Shown: piece by piece, positions 48,116-56,310 of the stretch
Position numbering within the stretch: position 1 is the stretch's first letter
Layout: each line of letters starts with the position of its first letter
Source: Clostridia bacterium
Lineage (GTDB): Bacteria > Bacillota > Clostridia > Lachnospirales > Anaerotignaceae
Length of the DNA stretch: 64,000 nucleotides
NCBI GenBank assembly: GCA_022651385.1
Contig: JALCQR010000003.1
Coordinates: forward strand, 56,967-120,966
Reading direction: 5' to 3'
Program-made: the position numbers and the translations under genes
Notes under the pieces: model-generated
Told to the model about the DNA's origin: nothing
The model's database searches: none
Seen by the model: only the letters and a program-made list of their open reading frames with translations

Positions 48116-48616
48116 TTATAATTCTATTCTTCCGGTAGGCGGTTCTTTCTTCGGCATTTTTTCTTTTAAGGCCCTATAAAGGCTCGATGCCTCATTTCTA
48201 TTTGAAAAATTGTCGCGTAAAAGAAGATTCTTTTCCTCTCCGCTTGATGATTTATAGGTTATTAGCAAGTTCCCGGTAGTATCAACTTCTGTCTTAGTTT
48301 TAGGAGCAGAGCCAACTATAGCGCCGGGCACTCCGAATAATGCGCCACCAACAAGTCCTTTAGTTAGACTGCTTTTGCTTTGAGTAAAAGTTTCTATGTC
48401 GTTACTGTATTGGATATCAATTATATTAGATACTTTGAGAATCATTTCTGTGTCTTGCATTTTTTTTGTTTTACATTTAATACGGATTTGGTCGTCAATT
48501 AAATATACCTGCCATGTGAATCTCTCATAGCCCTCAATATTTTTAATAACAAATCCACCATGTCCGCCAAATTCTAATCCGCCATCTTTAGTTTTTTTCG
48601 GTCCAAACAGTCCCAT
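48116..48616 (-). CDS. hypothetical protein with a central glycine-zipper hydrophobic segment (moron-like insert)
   Basis: 166 aa containing GLVGGALFGVPGAIVGSAP. GGGGTGA RBS. A TATAAT box lies in the 66-bp spacer upstream. Located between the chaperone frameshift ORF and the tape measure. Confidence 0.55.
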   Translation of the reverse strand: MGLFGPKKTKDGGLEFGGHGGFVIKNIEGYERFTWQVYLIDDQIRIKCKTKKMQDTEMILKVSNIIDIQYSNDIETFTQSKSSLTKGLVGGALFGVPGAIVGSAPKTKTEVDTTGNLLITYKSSSGEEKNLLLRDNFSNRNEASSLYRALKEKMPKKEPPTGRIEL

Positions 48617-48682
48617 ATTATCACCCCTGAAAATAAATTCTTTTTAAATTGTTTTTATTATACATCACAAATTATAAAAAAT

Positions 48683-48859
48683 CTACTTTCCTTGGCGTTC
48701 TATCTCTTTTACTTTCTCTTCGTCATCTTTGTTTTTTATATCTATTGCAGCAGCTATGAAGGCCTGTTCTTCTCTGTCCATGCTTAAAAATCTTGAGGGC
48801 GGCCAGTGAAATTTATGCAAGCAGTAATATGCATAATTAGACTCAAGGTCGCCCTCCAT
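48683..48859 (-). CDS. -1 frame extension ORF of the tail assembly chaperone (gpT-like part of G/GT)
   Basis: 58 codons in the -1 frame relative to 48862..49290. The slippery heptamer A_AAA_AAC (48865-48871) sits directly before the chaperone stop. No SD precedes its own ATG. Confidence 0.55.
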   Translation of the reverse strand: MEGDLESNYAYYCLHKFHWPPSRFLSMDREEQAFIAAAIDIKNKDDEEKVKEIERQGK

Positions 48860-48861
48860 TA

Positions 48862-49290
48862 TTAGTTTTTTGCTTCTTCGACTTTATCATCAAATGTTAC
48901 ATCAAAGCCGTCTAACTTTTGAATTTCAGAAGTTAAATTCTGATATTCTCCCGGAGAAAGCATCTCTTTAATAAGCTCCTCCGCACACATTACGCCGTAA
49001 CTGTCCTGAAGCTCTTTATCATTAAGATTAGGATAAACAACACTTGCAGTCACAAGTTTTCCAAGATAAGTATCCACGTCAAGCTCCGGTGCTTTCACTG
49101 CTTTTTTACCGGCGATAGGCACCATCTTAGTACACGTTTCTCTTATTCCCTCATCACGTTTAGCTGACAGCGGACGTATCTCCCACTTGATAGTTTTTCC
49201 TTTTTCATCCGCAAAGCTGTCTGATACAGCTAAAAACAGATGTTCCTTTTTCTTTTTGTTTGACTTTAAAAATGCACTTAAATTTTCCAT
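48862..49290 (-). CDS. tail assembly chaperone (XkdN-like)
   Basis: 142 aa. Sits after the tube gene. N-terminal MENLSAFLKSNKKKKEHLF...WEIRPLS resembles the XkdN family. Confidence 0.72.
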   Translation of the reverse strand: MENLSAFLKSNKKKKEHLFLAVSDSFADEKGKTIKWEIRPLSAKRDEGIRETCTKMVPIAGKKAVKAPELDVDTYLGKLVTASVVYPNLNDKELQDSYGVMCAEELIKEMLSPGEYQNLTSEIQKLDGFDVTFDDKVEEAKN

Positions 49291-49304
49291 ATCTTAGCCC
49301 CCTA

Positions 49305-49775
49305 TTATTCCATTCCTGTAAGTTCGTTAAATTCTTCCGGCATCTCCCAATCCTCAAATGTGAAGTCCATGTCCTCATCAAGAGTATCGCTTCCGGTATC
49401 AATTTTGGCAAGTATCCCGCCGTCAAAATTACAGTCTTTCAAAATAACTGTCTGCCTTCCTGCACTGCTTGTCGGATCCTCGTTTATTATCATCATGTCA
49501 AAATACATGTCTTTTCCGCTTTCTTTAAACTTATAAAGATACCTTCTAAGTATAGACTGGTTATAATGAAATGTGGCACTTCCGGTGCCCTTCCAGCCGG
49601 TTGCTTTGTTTCCTTTGCCTGTTTTGCCGAGTATGGCAACCTCAGTCTTGTTTTTCTCCATTTTGGCTTCGACCTTGGTTGCCTGCATAAAGTTATAGCG
49701 GTTGTCGTCTATTGTTATATAACACTCAGCCAAACTGCCTGATACAGTGTCTTTTGCATTTAATATTTTAGGCAT
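49305..49775 (-). CDS. tail tube protein (XkdM-like)
   Basis: 156 aa with ...NAKDTVSGSLAECYITIDDNRYNFMQ...GKTGKGNKATGWKGTGSATFHYN. Confidence 0.82.
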   Translation of the reverse strand: MPKILNAKDTVSGSLAECYITIDDNRYNFMQATKVEAKMEKNKTEVAILGKTGKGNKATGWKGTGSATFHYNQSILRRYLYKFKESGKDMYFDMMIINEDPTSSAGRQTVILKDCNFDGGILAKIDTGSDTLDEDMDFTFEDWEMPEEFNELTGME

Positions 49776-49788
49776 TTATTATTCCTCC

Positions 49789-51090
49789 TCACTGAACAAT
49801 TACTGTCATATAGAGCTTACTCATTGCGCATACAGGCGTTACCGGATTAGTAACGACAACGCTCTTTTTGTCACTGCCGGCTTCCACGGTAACGTCTTTA
49901 GACTCGAAGTCCTCTATAGCCTGCAAGTCCTGTAACTCTTTGTTGTAAGTTACAATCTCATTCCATAACGAAAGCCTCCCTGCCGCGTTATTCTGCACTT
50001 TGCCTAAATATGTCGTATTGAAAAGCACTGCAATGTCGTTGCCTATCTGGTCAAGCACACGAATTACCTGATTTGATGAAAAATCAGCGCTCTTATCAAC
50101 GGTAGCTGATACAAAACTGTTTATATCATCAAGTACATGTACCTCATCGCCTACTTTATGGAATACAAGGTATCCGGCCTTAAGCATTGTTTCAAGCTGG
50201 CTTTGTTTGAAGTCTGTATTAACCGTAAATTCACCGTCATAGGTCTTGTTTGTATTGCTCTTGTTTACAGCACATGACGCCTCAGCGCCTGTAAGCCAGT
50301 ATACAAGAGAGCTTTCATCCCAGCCGTCATCTGTAACAGCGTTTTTAAGATTGATAATGCCTTCATAATCGGCAGCATCGTTGTAAAGCACTGTCTGGAA
50401 TTTAACACCCATTTCATCACGCAGACGTTTTGTATAAGCCACAAATAGGCTCTTTACGGTATCATCGGTGCTTAGGCACCCAAGAGTATTAAAGCTGTAG
50501 CTTTCAAGCTTATCCAAAAATGCCTGATAACTGTCCCCTGTAACTTCTCCGTTTGTGCCTCCTGTCATAGGTGCTGCGGCCGTTGCTGCAAGTGTGGCCG
50601 TTTTATCAAATACAACAAAGTCATTGTCAGCAAGCTCCGAAGCTGCTGAAACGGTCTGTGTATCAACGGCTGTGCCGTCAAAATAAGTTGTTACATCAAA
50701 CTTGCTTGTATCATCTACATTTGCGGCAATCGCAATCTTTATGTCATTGCCTCTTATACCGCTGTACTTAGCTGTTCCAAAAGTATTTGACGCTTTGTCT
50801 CCGCTGTTAAGCCTATAGCAGTAAAGAGTTTTGGCATTTATAAATAAATCCCTAAGCCCTTTCAGCTTATCTGATGTATAGCTGTATCCAAAAATAATCT
50901 TGCTGTCTGACTGGAAATCCCCGCTTTCAACTGTGAATATCTCACCGTCAACGCCCCAGTCAAGATCAAGTGCTAAAGCGCAGTAACCTCTGTCGCTTAT
51001 GCTCGCATTGGCGCTTGATGCACTTACAAAGTTTATGTAACTGCCCGGAAGCACCTTGTTTTGTGTTAAAAATGTTCCTCCGCCAAGCAT
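49789..51090 (-). CDS. contractile tail sheath protein (XkdK-like)
   Basis: 433 aa with the MLGGGTFLTQNKVLPGSYINF N-terminus. Position in the module agrees. Confidence 0.87.
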   Translation of the reverse strand: MLGGGTFLTQNKVLPGSYINFVSASSANASISDRGYCALALDLDWGVDGEIFTVESGDFQSDSKIIFGYSYTSDKLKGLRDLFINAKTLYCYRLNSGDKASNTFGTAKYSGIRGNDIKIAIAANVDDTSKFDVTTYFDGTAVDTQTVSAASELADNDFVVFDKTATLAATAAAPMTGGTNGEVTGDSYQAFLDKLESYSFNTLGCLSTDDTVKSLFVAYTKRLRDEMGVKFQTVLYNDAADYEGIINLKNAVTDDGWDESSLVYWLTGAEASCAVNKSNTNKTYDGEFTVNTDFKQSQLETMLKAGYLVFHKVGDEVHVLDDINSFVSATVDKSADFSSNQVIRVLDQIGNDIAVLFNTTYLGKVQNNAAGRLSLWNEIVTYNKELQDLQAIEDFESKDVTVEAGSDKKSVVVTNPVTPVCAMSKLYMTVIVQ

Positions 51091-51297
51091 TTATTTCACC
51101 CCCGCTTTTTTAAAGTTCTTCTTTTTAAAATTTTCTATCGCCTTATCTATTTCATCAAAAGTGTATGCCCTGCCGTCGTCAAGAACTGCATTAAGCAGGT
51201 CCGCGCTTTCGGTATACTTTTTTGATTTTAGTATCTGGCTTTTTACAAATACCTGTTCCTTTTTGATTGAAACAGTATCATTTTTTGACTTTGCCAA
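51091..51297 (-). CDS. small hypothetical phage protein
   Basis: 68 aa, coupled to its neighbours on both sides. Confidence 0.45.
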   Translation of the reverse strand: MAKSKNDTVSIKKEQVFVKSQILKSKKYTESADLLNAVLDDGRAYTFDEIDKAIENFKKKNFKKAGVK

Positions 51298-51700
51298 TAT
51301 AGTTTACCTCCTCCATATACTCATCATCGTTCTTTACATATCCGGTTATGCTGTAGTCCACAAAGAAATGAAGCACGTAATCGGTGGTTTGGCTGTGCAT
51401 GCCTGTACCTCTCAGATATCCGTCATCAACCTGTATGTACTCAAGCAGACTGTAAAGTTCTTCCGCAACTGCTTCGCTTTGTTCCTTATCGCGGTGCTGC
51501 GGAAAGAACCTCACATCAAAACTGTACTGCCTTTGAAAATGTGTTCCCAATCCCTGAGTATGTATCTGTGTCAAAAGAATAATAAAAAAACAAGGCTCTT
51601 TAAAACCTTGTTCTATATCCTCTGTGCGTATTTCGTATTCATTTTGACTGTAAACCGTTCTAATCGCATTGGCTATGGCCGTTTTTATCTTTTCAATCAT
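51278..51700 (-). CDS. head-tail joining / tail completion protein (family not recognised)
   Basis: 140 aa. Assigned by its position between the gp10-like gene and the sheath gene. Confidence 0.45.
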   Translation of the reverse strand: MIEKIKTAIANAIRTVYSQNEYEIRTEDIEQGFKEPCFFIILLTQIHTQGLGTHFQRQYSFDVRFFPQHRDKEQSEAVAEELYSLLEYIQVDDGYLRGTGMHSQTTDYVLHFFVDYSITGYVKNDDEYMEEVNYIGKVKK

Positions 51701-52095
51701 TTAAACGCCTCCACAAGAAATTGCTGTAACTTCTTTTCGATTATCTTAGGCGCATCGGCCTCAAGCTCTTTTGTGGATACGGTGAGCATAAATTTTCCTT
51801 TTACCCAGCCTTTATGACTTGGCGTTCTATGGCCATATTCAACGTATTCAGCATACTCAACGGGATTAATAATTTCTATTGTATATGTATTTCCGTTTTT
51901 ATTTACTTCTCCTACCTGCCAATTGCGTTTAAGTTCACCCGTTTTTGTCGGCGTTATTGATTTTACTTTTCTTAAAAGCCTTGCGGCAAGCTCTTTTACA
52001 GCACTTTCGGAAAACTCATCCATTTTCTGTGAATCCAAATTTTGAAGTTTATCCCTGAAAGCCTTAAGCTGTGATATGTCCACACTTACACTCAT
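51697..52095 (-). CDS. HK97 gp10-family head-tail protein
   Basis: 132 aa containing TPTKTGELKRNW, characteristic of the family. Confidence 0.68.
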   Translation of the reverse strand: MSVSVDISQLKAFRDKLQNLDSQKMDEFSESAVKELAARLLRKVKSITPTKTGELKRNWQVGEVNKNGNTYTIEIINPVEYAEYVEYGHRTPSHKGWVKGKFMLTVSTKELEADAPKIIEKKLQQFLVEAFK

Positions 52096-52454
52096 GCTCT
52101 CTCCACCTCACTTACGAGGTTTATTTCTTGATGGCTTTTGTACTTTGCCGGTATACCTGAGGATACAAAAACGGCACCGTCTGACGTAACAATCTTGCTT
52201 CCTGCCGGTATATCATACTCAGGAGAACAAAACAGCTTTATTGACTGACTTACGTTGTCGGTGCTGTCTGTCTGTGTGCCGTTTGGGCTGCTTTCAATGC
52301 TTATGTGACATGGTATCGAGTCATATAAAACCGTCTCCGTTGTATTGTTTATAACCCCTTCGGCGGTTGTATATCCTATAACCTGAACAGTGTTACTATG
52401 CAAGCCTTCTATATGCTTTTTCATAAGATTATACGGTATATTCATGCTTACCAC
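52092..52454 (-). CDS. head closure / head-tail adaptor protein
   Basis: 120 aa. Assigned by position and size. Confidence 0.5.
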   Translation of the reverse strand: MVSMNIPYNLMKKHIEGLHSNTVQVIGYTTAEGVINNTTETVLYDSIPCHISIESSPNGTQTDSTDNVSQSIKLFCSPEYDIPAGSKIVTSDGAVFVSSGIPAKYKSHQEINLVSEVERA

Positions 52455-52801
52455 CCGGCCTTCCTGTACCTGTCAAGCTGACCGGTATAGTTCTTCAAAA
52501 ACGCCATACCCGGATTATCAGAAACAGCAGAGGCGGAACCAAAGGAAACACTTACATCTCCCTCAGTTATGCCTTTTACACTGCCTTCCGCCTGCTCCTG
52601 CCCTAACTGGTCGGCACGGTACATGTCAATGCACATGCTGTACATCGTATTGTAAAGGCCTTCAGGGACTTCACTTATCCGGCAGTAATTGCATATCATT
52701 CCCGATATTTTATCAATTGTAAACTCGATTAAAGCATCTTTATCGGTATCCGAAATGCCGAGAAGCGTTTTAAGCTTTTGAACCTGTTCCGTCAGTGCCA
52801 T
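52448..52801 (-). CDS. gp6-like head-tail connector protein
   Basis: MALTEQVQKLKTLLGISDTDKDALIEFTIDK... Start trimmed to the Met behind GGTGAGG. Confidence 0.62.
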   Translation of the reverse strand: MALTEQVQKLKTLLGISDTDKDALIEFTIDKISGMICNYCRISEVPEGLYNTMYSMCIDMYRADQLGQEQAEGSVKGITEGDVSVSFGSASAVSDNPGMAFLKNYTGQLDRYRKAGW

Positions 52802-52934
52802 TATCCTCACCGCCTGACTTTGCGGCTTTCTTAGCCTTTTTGTCTGGTTCAACTACCTTATAACCTTTGCTTATATAAAACTGCAGCTTATTATTATCAA
52901 TATTTCTGCTTATATTTCCTTTCGCTACCAACAT
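52770..52934 (-). CDS. candidate 54-codon ORF after the capsid gene (MLVAKGNISRNIDNNKLQFYISKGYKVVEPDKKAKKAAKSGGEDNGTDGTGSKA)
   Basis: GGGGTGA RBS. Fills the gap between the capsid and connector genes. Not in the ORF track. Confidence 0.35.
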   Translation of the reverse strand: MLVAKGNISRNIDNNKLQFYISKGYKVVEPDKKAKKAAKSGGEDNGTDGTGSKA

Positions 52935-52946
52935 TATTATCACCCC

Positions 52947-53825
52947 TTATACAGTTGACTTATGCATATAAATACCTTTTGCCTTGTTCTGGTAAACAAA
53001 GCAGTCGTGGTAAAGCCTGAACTGGAAAAGCCAAGCGTCAAGCTTCTGGTTTTCATCAGGTGTAAATACCTTAGGCAAAGCAAACTTCTTTACCTGAAGC
53101 ACTGCCTCAGGATATATAATCATAAAGTTTATGTTTTTTGCTTCGGCACCCTTTGCATAGCCCCATGCCGATGAACCATCGTTAAGTGTTATTGCAGTAT
53201 AAAATCTTGTCTTTGGTACATATATGATAGGCATACCGTTATACCCTGCAAGAACTGTGCTTACTGTACCGTCGGAGCCCCACTGTCTGGTTAATGCACC
53301 ATTTAATATAGGCTTTAAGTCACTGTTTACATAAAGCTTTCTGCCTTCCTGAGGTGCCTCTGCGGCATCCATTTCTTTTACTGCTTCATCTATAGCCGCA
53401 AGCACTGTATCTTTTGTAAGAACTGCCGCATCTGTGGTTAAAATGTCCTCTGTTCCGGCGTATTTTGCGAAACGATAAGCATCAAGCTCAGGCACTACCC
53501 AGTTTCTCATAAAGTTGCCTGTAACTTTGCCGAAAGCTGTACCCAGTGTTTCTTCATCGTCCATTCTGTCAACAGAAATTTCTTTTCCTCTTTCCTCATT
53601 AAGCTTCATTGTTTCCCAGCCGACAGTTACATCGCCTTGAGGATACCCTGTAGTTCTGCTATAATCCCCAAGCCCGGTAGTTGATACCTTAAGCACTTTT
53701 ACTTCATTTACACCGCTGAAATCCGGTTTTATTCCGGCGTCAAGACCTTCGGTAACCGCCGATGCCTTGTAAACATCATCTATAATCGGTAAAAACTTTT
53801 GTGCGTATTCAATGCTGTTTGCCAT
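52947..53825 (-). CDS. major capsid protein
   Basis: 292 aa, immediately after the scaffold gene. The MANSIEYAQKFLPIIDDVYK N-terminus is typical of this capsid family in Firmicutes phages. Confidence 0.8.
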   Translation of the reverse strand: MANSIEYAQKFLPIIDDVYKASAVTEGLDAGIKPDFSGVNEVKVLKVSTTGLGDYSRTTGYPQGDVTVGWETMKLNEERGKEISVDRMDDEETLGTAFGKVTGNFMRNWVVPELDAYRFAKYAGTEDILTTDAAVLTKDTVLAAIDEAVKEMDAAEAPQEGRKLYVNSDLKPILNGALTRQWGSDGTVSTVLAGYNGMPIIYVPKTRFYTAITLNDGSSAWGYAKGAEAKNINFMIIYPEAVLQVKKFALPKVFTPDENQKLDAWLFQFRLYHDCFVYQNKAKGIYMHKSTV

Positions 53826-53841
53826 ATTTTTTCACTCTCCC

Positions 53842-54414
53842 TTAATCTTTTAATCCTGCGGCAGCTCTTGCACTTGATACAAAAGCGTCTATGCTGGTAC
53901 CGCCGCCGTTGTCTTTATTGTCACCCGGATGAAAACCATTACTTACGTTTTTTATTTCTTCTACATCAAAAAGATAACTGTCGCTCTTTTTAAGCCCCTC
54001 AAGGTCAAGACCATCAATAGATCCATCATCTTTAAGATTTATCTTATCCATGTCGAGCAATGCCTTTATTGCTTTTGAGTTTTTACCCTTTGCCTGAAGA
54101 ATAGCCATATCAACAGCGTTGTTCTTGGCCATGTCGCTGATTTTTTTGTCATAGCCTGTTTTCTCTGTCTTATATTTTTCCTGAAGGTCGTTAAATTGCT
54201 TTTGTAAGTCCTCGTTACTGCCGGATGACTTTTTAAGAGCCTCGATATCTTTATCACGGGCTTTTATCTGTTTATCAAGGTCTGCCTTAGCGGTGTTCAA
54301 TGTATCATAATCCGCCTTTGATACATAACTTTCACCGAGTTTTGCCGCTGCCTTGCTGTCCATTTCATCCGTGTAACTGTCCCCGATTATTGCCTTTAAC
54401 CAATCAAGTTTCAT
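53842..54414 (-). CDS. scaffolding protein (phage GP20-like)
   Basis: 190 aa. Charged coiled coil preceded by the MKLDWLKAIIGDSYTDEM N-terminus. Confidence 0.78.
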   Translation of the reverse strand: MKLDWLKAIIGDSYTDEMDSKAAAKLGESYVSKADYDTLNTAKADLDKQIKARDKDIEALKKSSGSNEDLQKQFNDLQEKYKTEKTGYDKKISDMAKNNAVDMAILQAKGKNSKAIKALLDMDKINLKDDGSIDGLDLEGLKKSDSYLFDVEEIKNVSNGFHPGDNKDNGGGTSIDAFVSSARAAAGLKD

Positions 54415-54560
54415 GTTTATTTCTCCTTTCTTTTCCCAATAAAAATAAGACCTGTTTAACGACTGTGTCTAAAGTCGAGATATCCGGACCACCGCCTTTC
54501 TAAAATAAGGTATATGAAATGCCTTTGCACATGCTTGTCACCTCCTGAAAATATGTAATA

Positions 54561-54593
54561 AAAAACCACCTAAACATTTAATGTCTAAGTGGC
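54561..54593 (-). terminator. intrinsic terminator inside the head module
   Basis: Minus strand reads CCACUUAGACAU-UAA-AUGUUUAGGUGG (12 bp including 2 G-U pairs) followed by UUUUUUAUUA. It starts right after the 68-aa ORF stop. Confidence 0.55.
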
Positions 54594-54800
54594 TTAACAA
54601 AATTCTACATTCTCATTTATAAAAGTCTCATTGCTTTCTATAGCTATGCTATTTTTTAAATCATATGGCATCGTAGCTTTCATTTTTATTCCTTTAACAA
54701 GTACACATGTAAACGGTTTTAATGGTATTGGCCCGTCTAAAAATAAAACTTTATATTTGCCTATTGAAGCTTCATCTTTAACCTTCAACATTTTTATCAC
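54594..54800 (-). CDS. 68-aa hypothetical protein overlapping the 3' end of the MuF gene (immunity-like position)
   Basis: ORF overlaps the MuF gene by 23 nt and is followed directly by a terminator. No recognisable motif. Confidence 0.45.
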   Translation of the reverse strand: MIKMLKVKDEASIGKYKVLFLDGPIPLKPFTCVLVKGIKMKATMPYDLKNSIAIESNETFINENVEFC

Positions 54801-56310
54801 CTCTCAATTTTTCTTTGTATTCCTCTAATTGATTTTCATAAAATTCTAATTGACTCTTTGTCAATTCTACTTCTTCTAACGGTATTTTATACTTACCAGT
54901 ATTAGAAAGTAAATACTTTTTGGCATCTATCTCATTTAAAATTGTTCTTAAATATTCTTCCTTATCGTCATTCATTTTAGTAGCATTCTGCATAAAATGA
55001 TGCGTTTCCTCAAGTACATCAGAAATTGTTGCATCCGGCCTAAAAATAATGGTATCTCCTATAGTAACAGCTGTTGCATTCTGTTCTTTTAAATGCTGAA
55101 TCCAGTTTTCATCAGCAATCTGGATGTTTGCTCCCCTTTTTATAATTTTACCTACAATTTTATTATATGCCGGTGTATCAATAATTTTTTGCCCGTTTTC
55201 GTTACTATTTCTATGAGTATACCCTTTATGCCTAAAGGCTTCATTCGTTGATTTAATTATACCACTTCCATTAGCATTATCAACATATTTTTCTTTCCAC
55301 TGCTGATAAGTTATGTTCCCCGGTACTGTGTAGCTTTTGCCCTCGCTGTCTCTTGCCGCTCGTTTTTCATCCTGAGTAAACTCGTCGTTGAAATAAGGTA
55401 CCGTTGTACATCTGCAATTCGGATACAGAGGCGGAGCATTAACGCTCATTTCAAAGTCTTTCATGTCAAAAACTTGACCGTCCATAGGGCCGCATATTTC
55501 GCAGGTCTTGTCATCCAGTGTCGCAAGATATTCAACCTTTTCAACCCCAAGCTCTTTGTAGCTGTCCTGCGATGCCATTGACGAAAAAGCAGCCGACTCC
55601 GTAAGAACCAGCCGTTTAGTATTGCTTAATTCCATATTTAACTCTTTTGCTATCTGCCGTGACACTTTGTCCGGTGCCTGACCTCGTATAATGCCCTGTG
55701 TCAGCGCTTTATCAAGGGCATAGTTTAATCTGTCCCGGTTCTGCCATATCTTATCTGAGTACGTCTGATTATCATACGTCCACGGTTTAGCAAGGACCTT
55801 GTCAATCTTATTTTGGTCAAGCGTTGCAAAGGCACTGCCAGTACCGACATATTTTTGTATCTCAAATACATTTTGGTAGTAACCTTCTTTGTACACATCA
55901 GCAAGGGTTTTATCCATGGTGTTTTGCTTATAGCCTGACAATTCCTCGACCTTTTCCCTCATCTGCATTTGAAGTGCCCTGAGGCGGTCTATTCGGTGTA
56001 TGTCCGATGCAGACTCAAGCTGTTTTTCCCAGTCGGCCGATATGCCGTTTTCCTCACCCTTCTTTATGTATTCCTTTAGATCCATTTGAAAACGCTTTCG
56101 TTCATCTGAACTGAGTATTTTTTTAGCATCCGCCATTGTGAGGCTCTCATTTTTGGCAAAACGTTCATAAAAAGACTGTATCTCCTTATCAATATCATTT
56201 ATTACCGCCTCATATTTATCCTGCATTTCGGGTATAAGGTCATCTGCTTTTTTCATGAGATTGTTTTGAAGGATTTCCTGTCTGTTCCTCCAGTATTCGG
56301 CGTTTTTCAT
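54778..56310 (-). CDS. SPP1 gp7 / Mu F-family head morphogenesis protein with an additional ~180-aa C-terminal domain
   Basis: MuF core ends with the LATLDDKTCEICGPMDGQVF...NAPPLYPNCRCTTVPYF signature near residue 310. Residues ~330-510 are an extra domain. Confidence 0.85.
   Translation of the reverse strand: MKNAEYWRNRQEILQNNLMKKADDLIPEMQDKYEAVINDIDKEIQSFYERFAKNESLTMADAKKILSSDERKRFQMDLKEYIKKGEENGISADWEKQLESASDIHRIDRLRALQMQMREKVEELSGYKQNTMDKTLADVYKEGYYQNVFEIQKYVGTGSAFATLDQNKIDKVLAKPWTYDNQTYSDKIWQNRDRLNYALDKALTQGIIRGQAPDKVSRQIAKELNMELSNTKRLVLTESAAFSSMASQDSYKELGVEKVEYLATLDDKTCEICGPMDGQVFDMKDFEMSVNAPPLYPNCRCTTVPYFNDEFTQDEKRAARDSEGKSYTVPGNITYQQWKEKYVDNANGSGIIKSTNEAFRHKGYTHRNSNENGQKIIDTPAYNKIVGKIIKRGANIQIADENWIQHLKEQNATAVTIGDTIIFRPDATISDVLEETHHFMQNATKMNDDKEEYLRTILNEIDAKKYLLSNTGKYKIPLEEVELTKSQLEFYENQLEEYKEKLRGDKNVEG

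Noticed and set aside
54500-54532. 10-codon ORF (MCKGISYTLF) behind a perfect AGGAGGTGA RBS, between the head-module terminator and the scaffold gene.
   Set aside because: It may be a leader or re-initiation element, or it may be chance. There is no supporting context, so it is not called as a gene.
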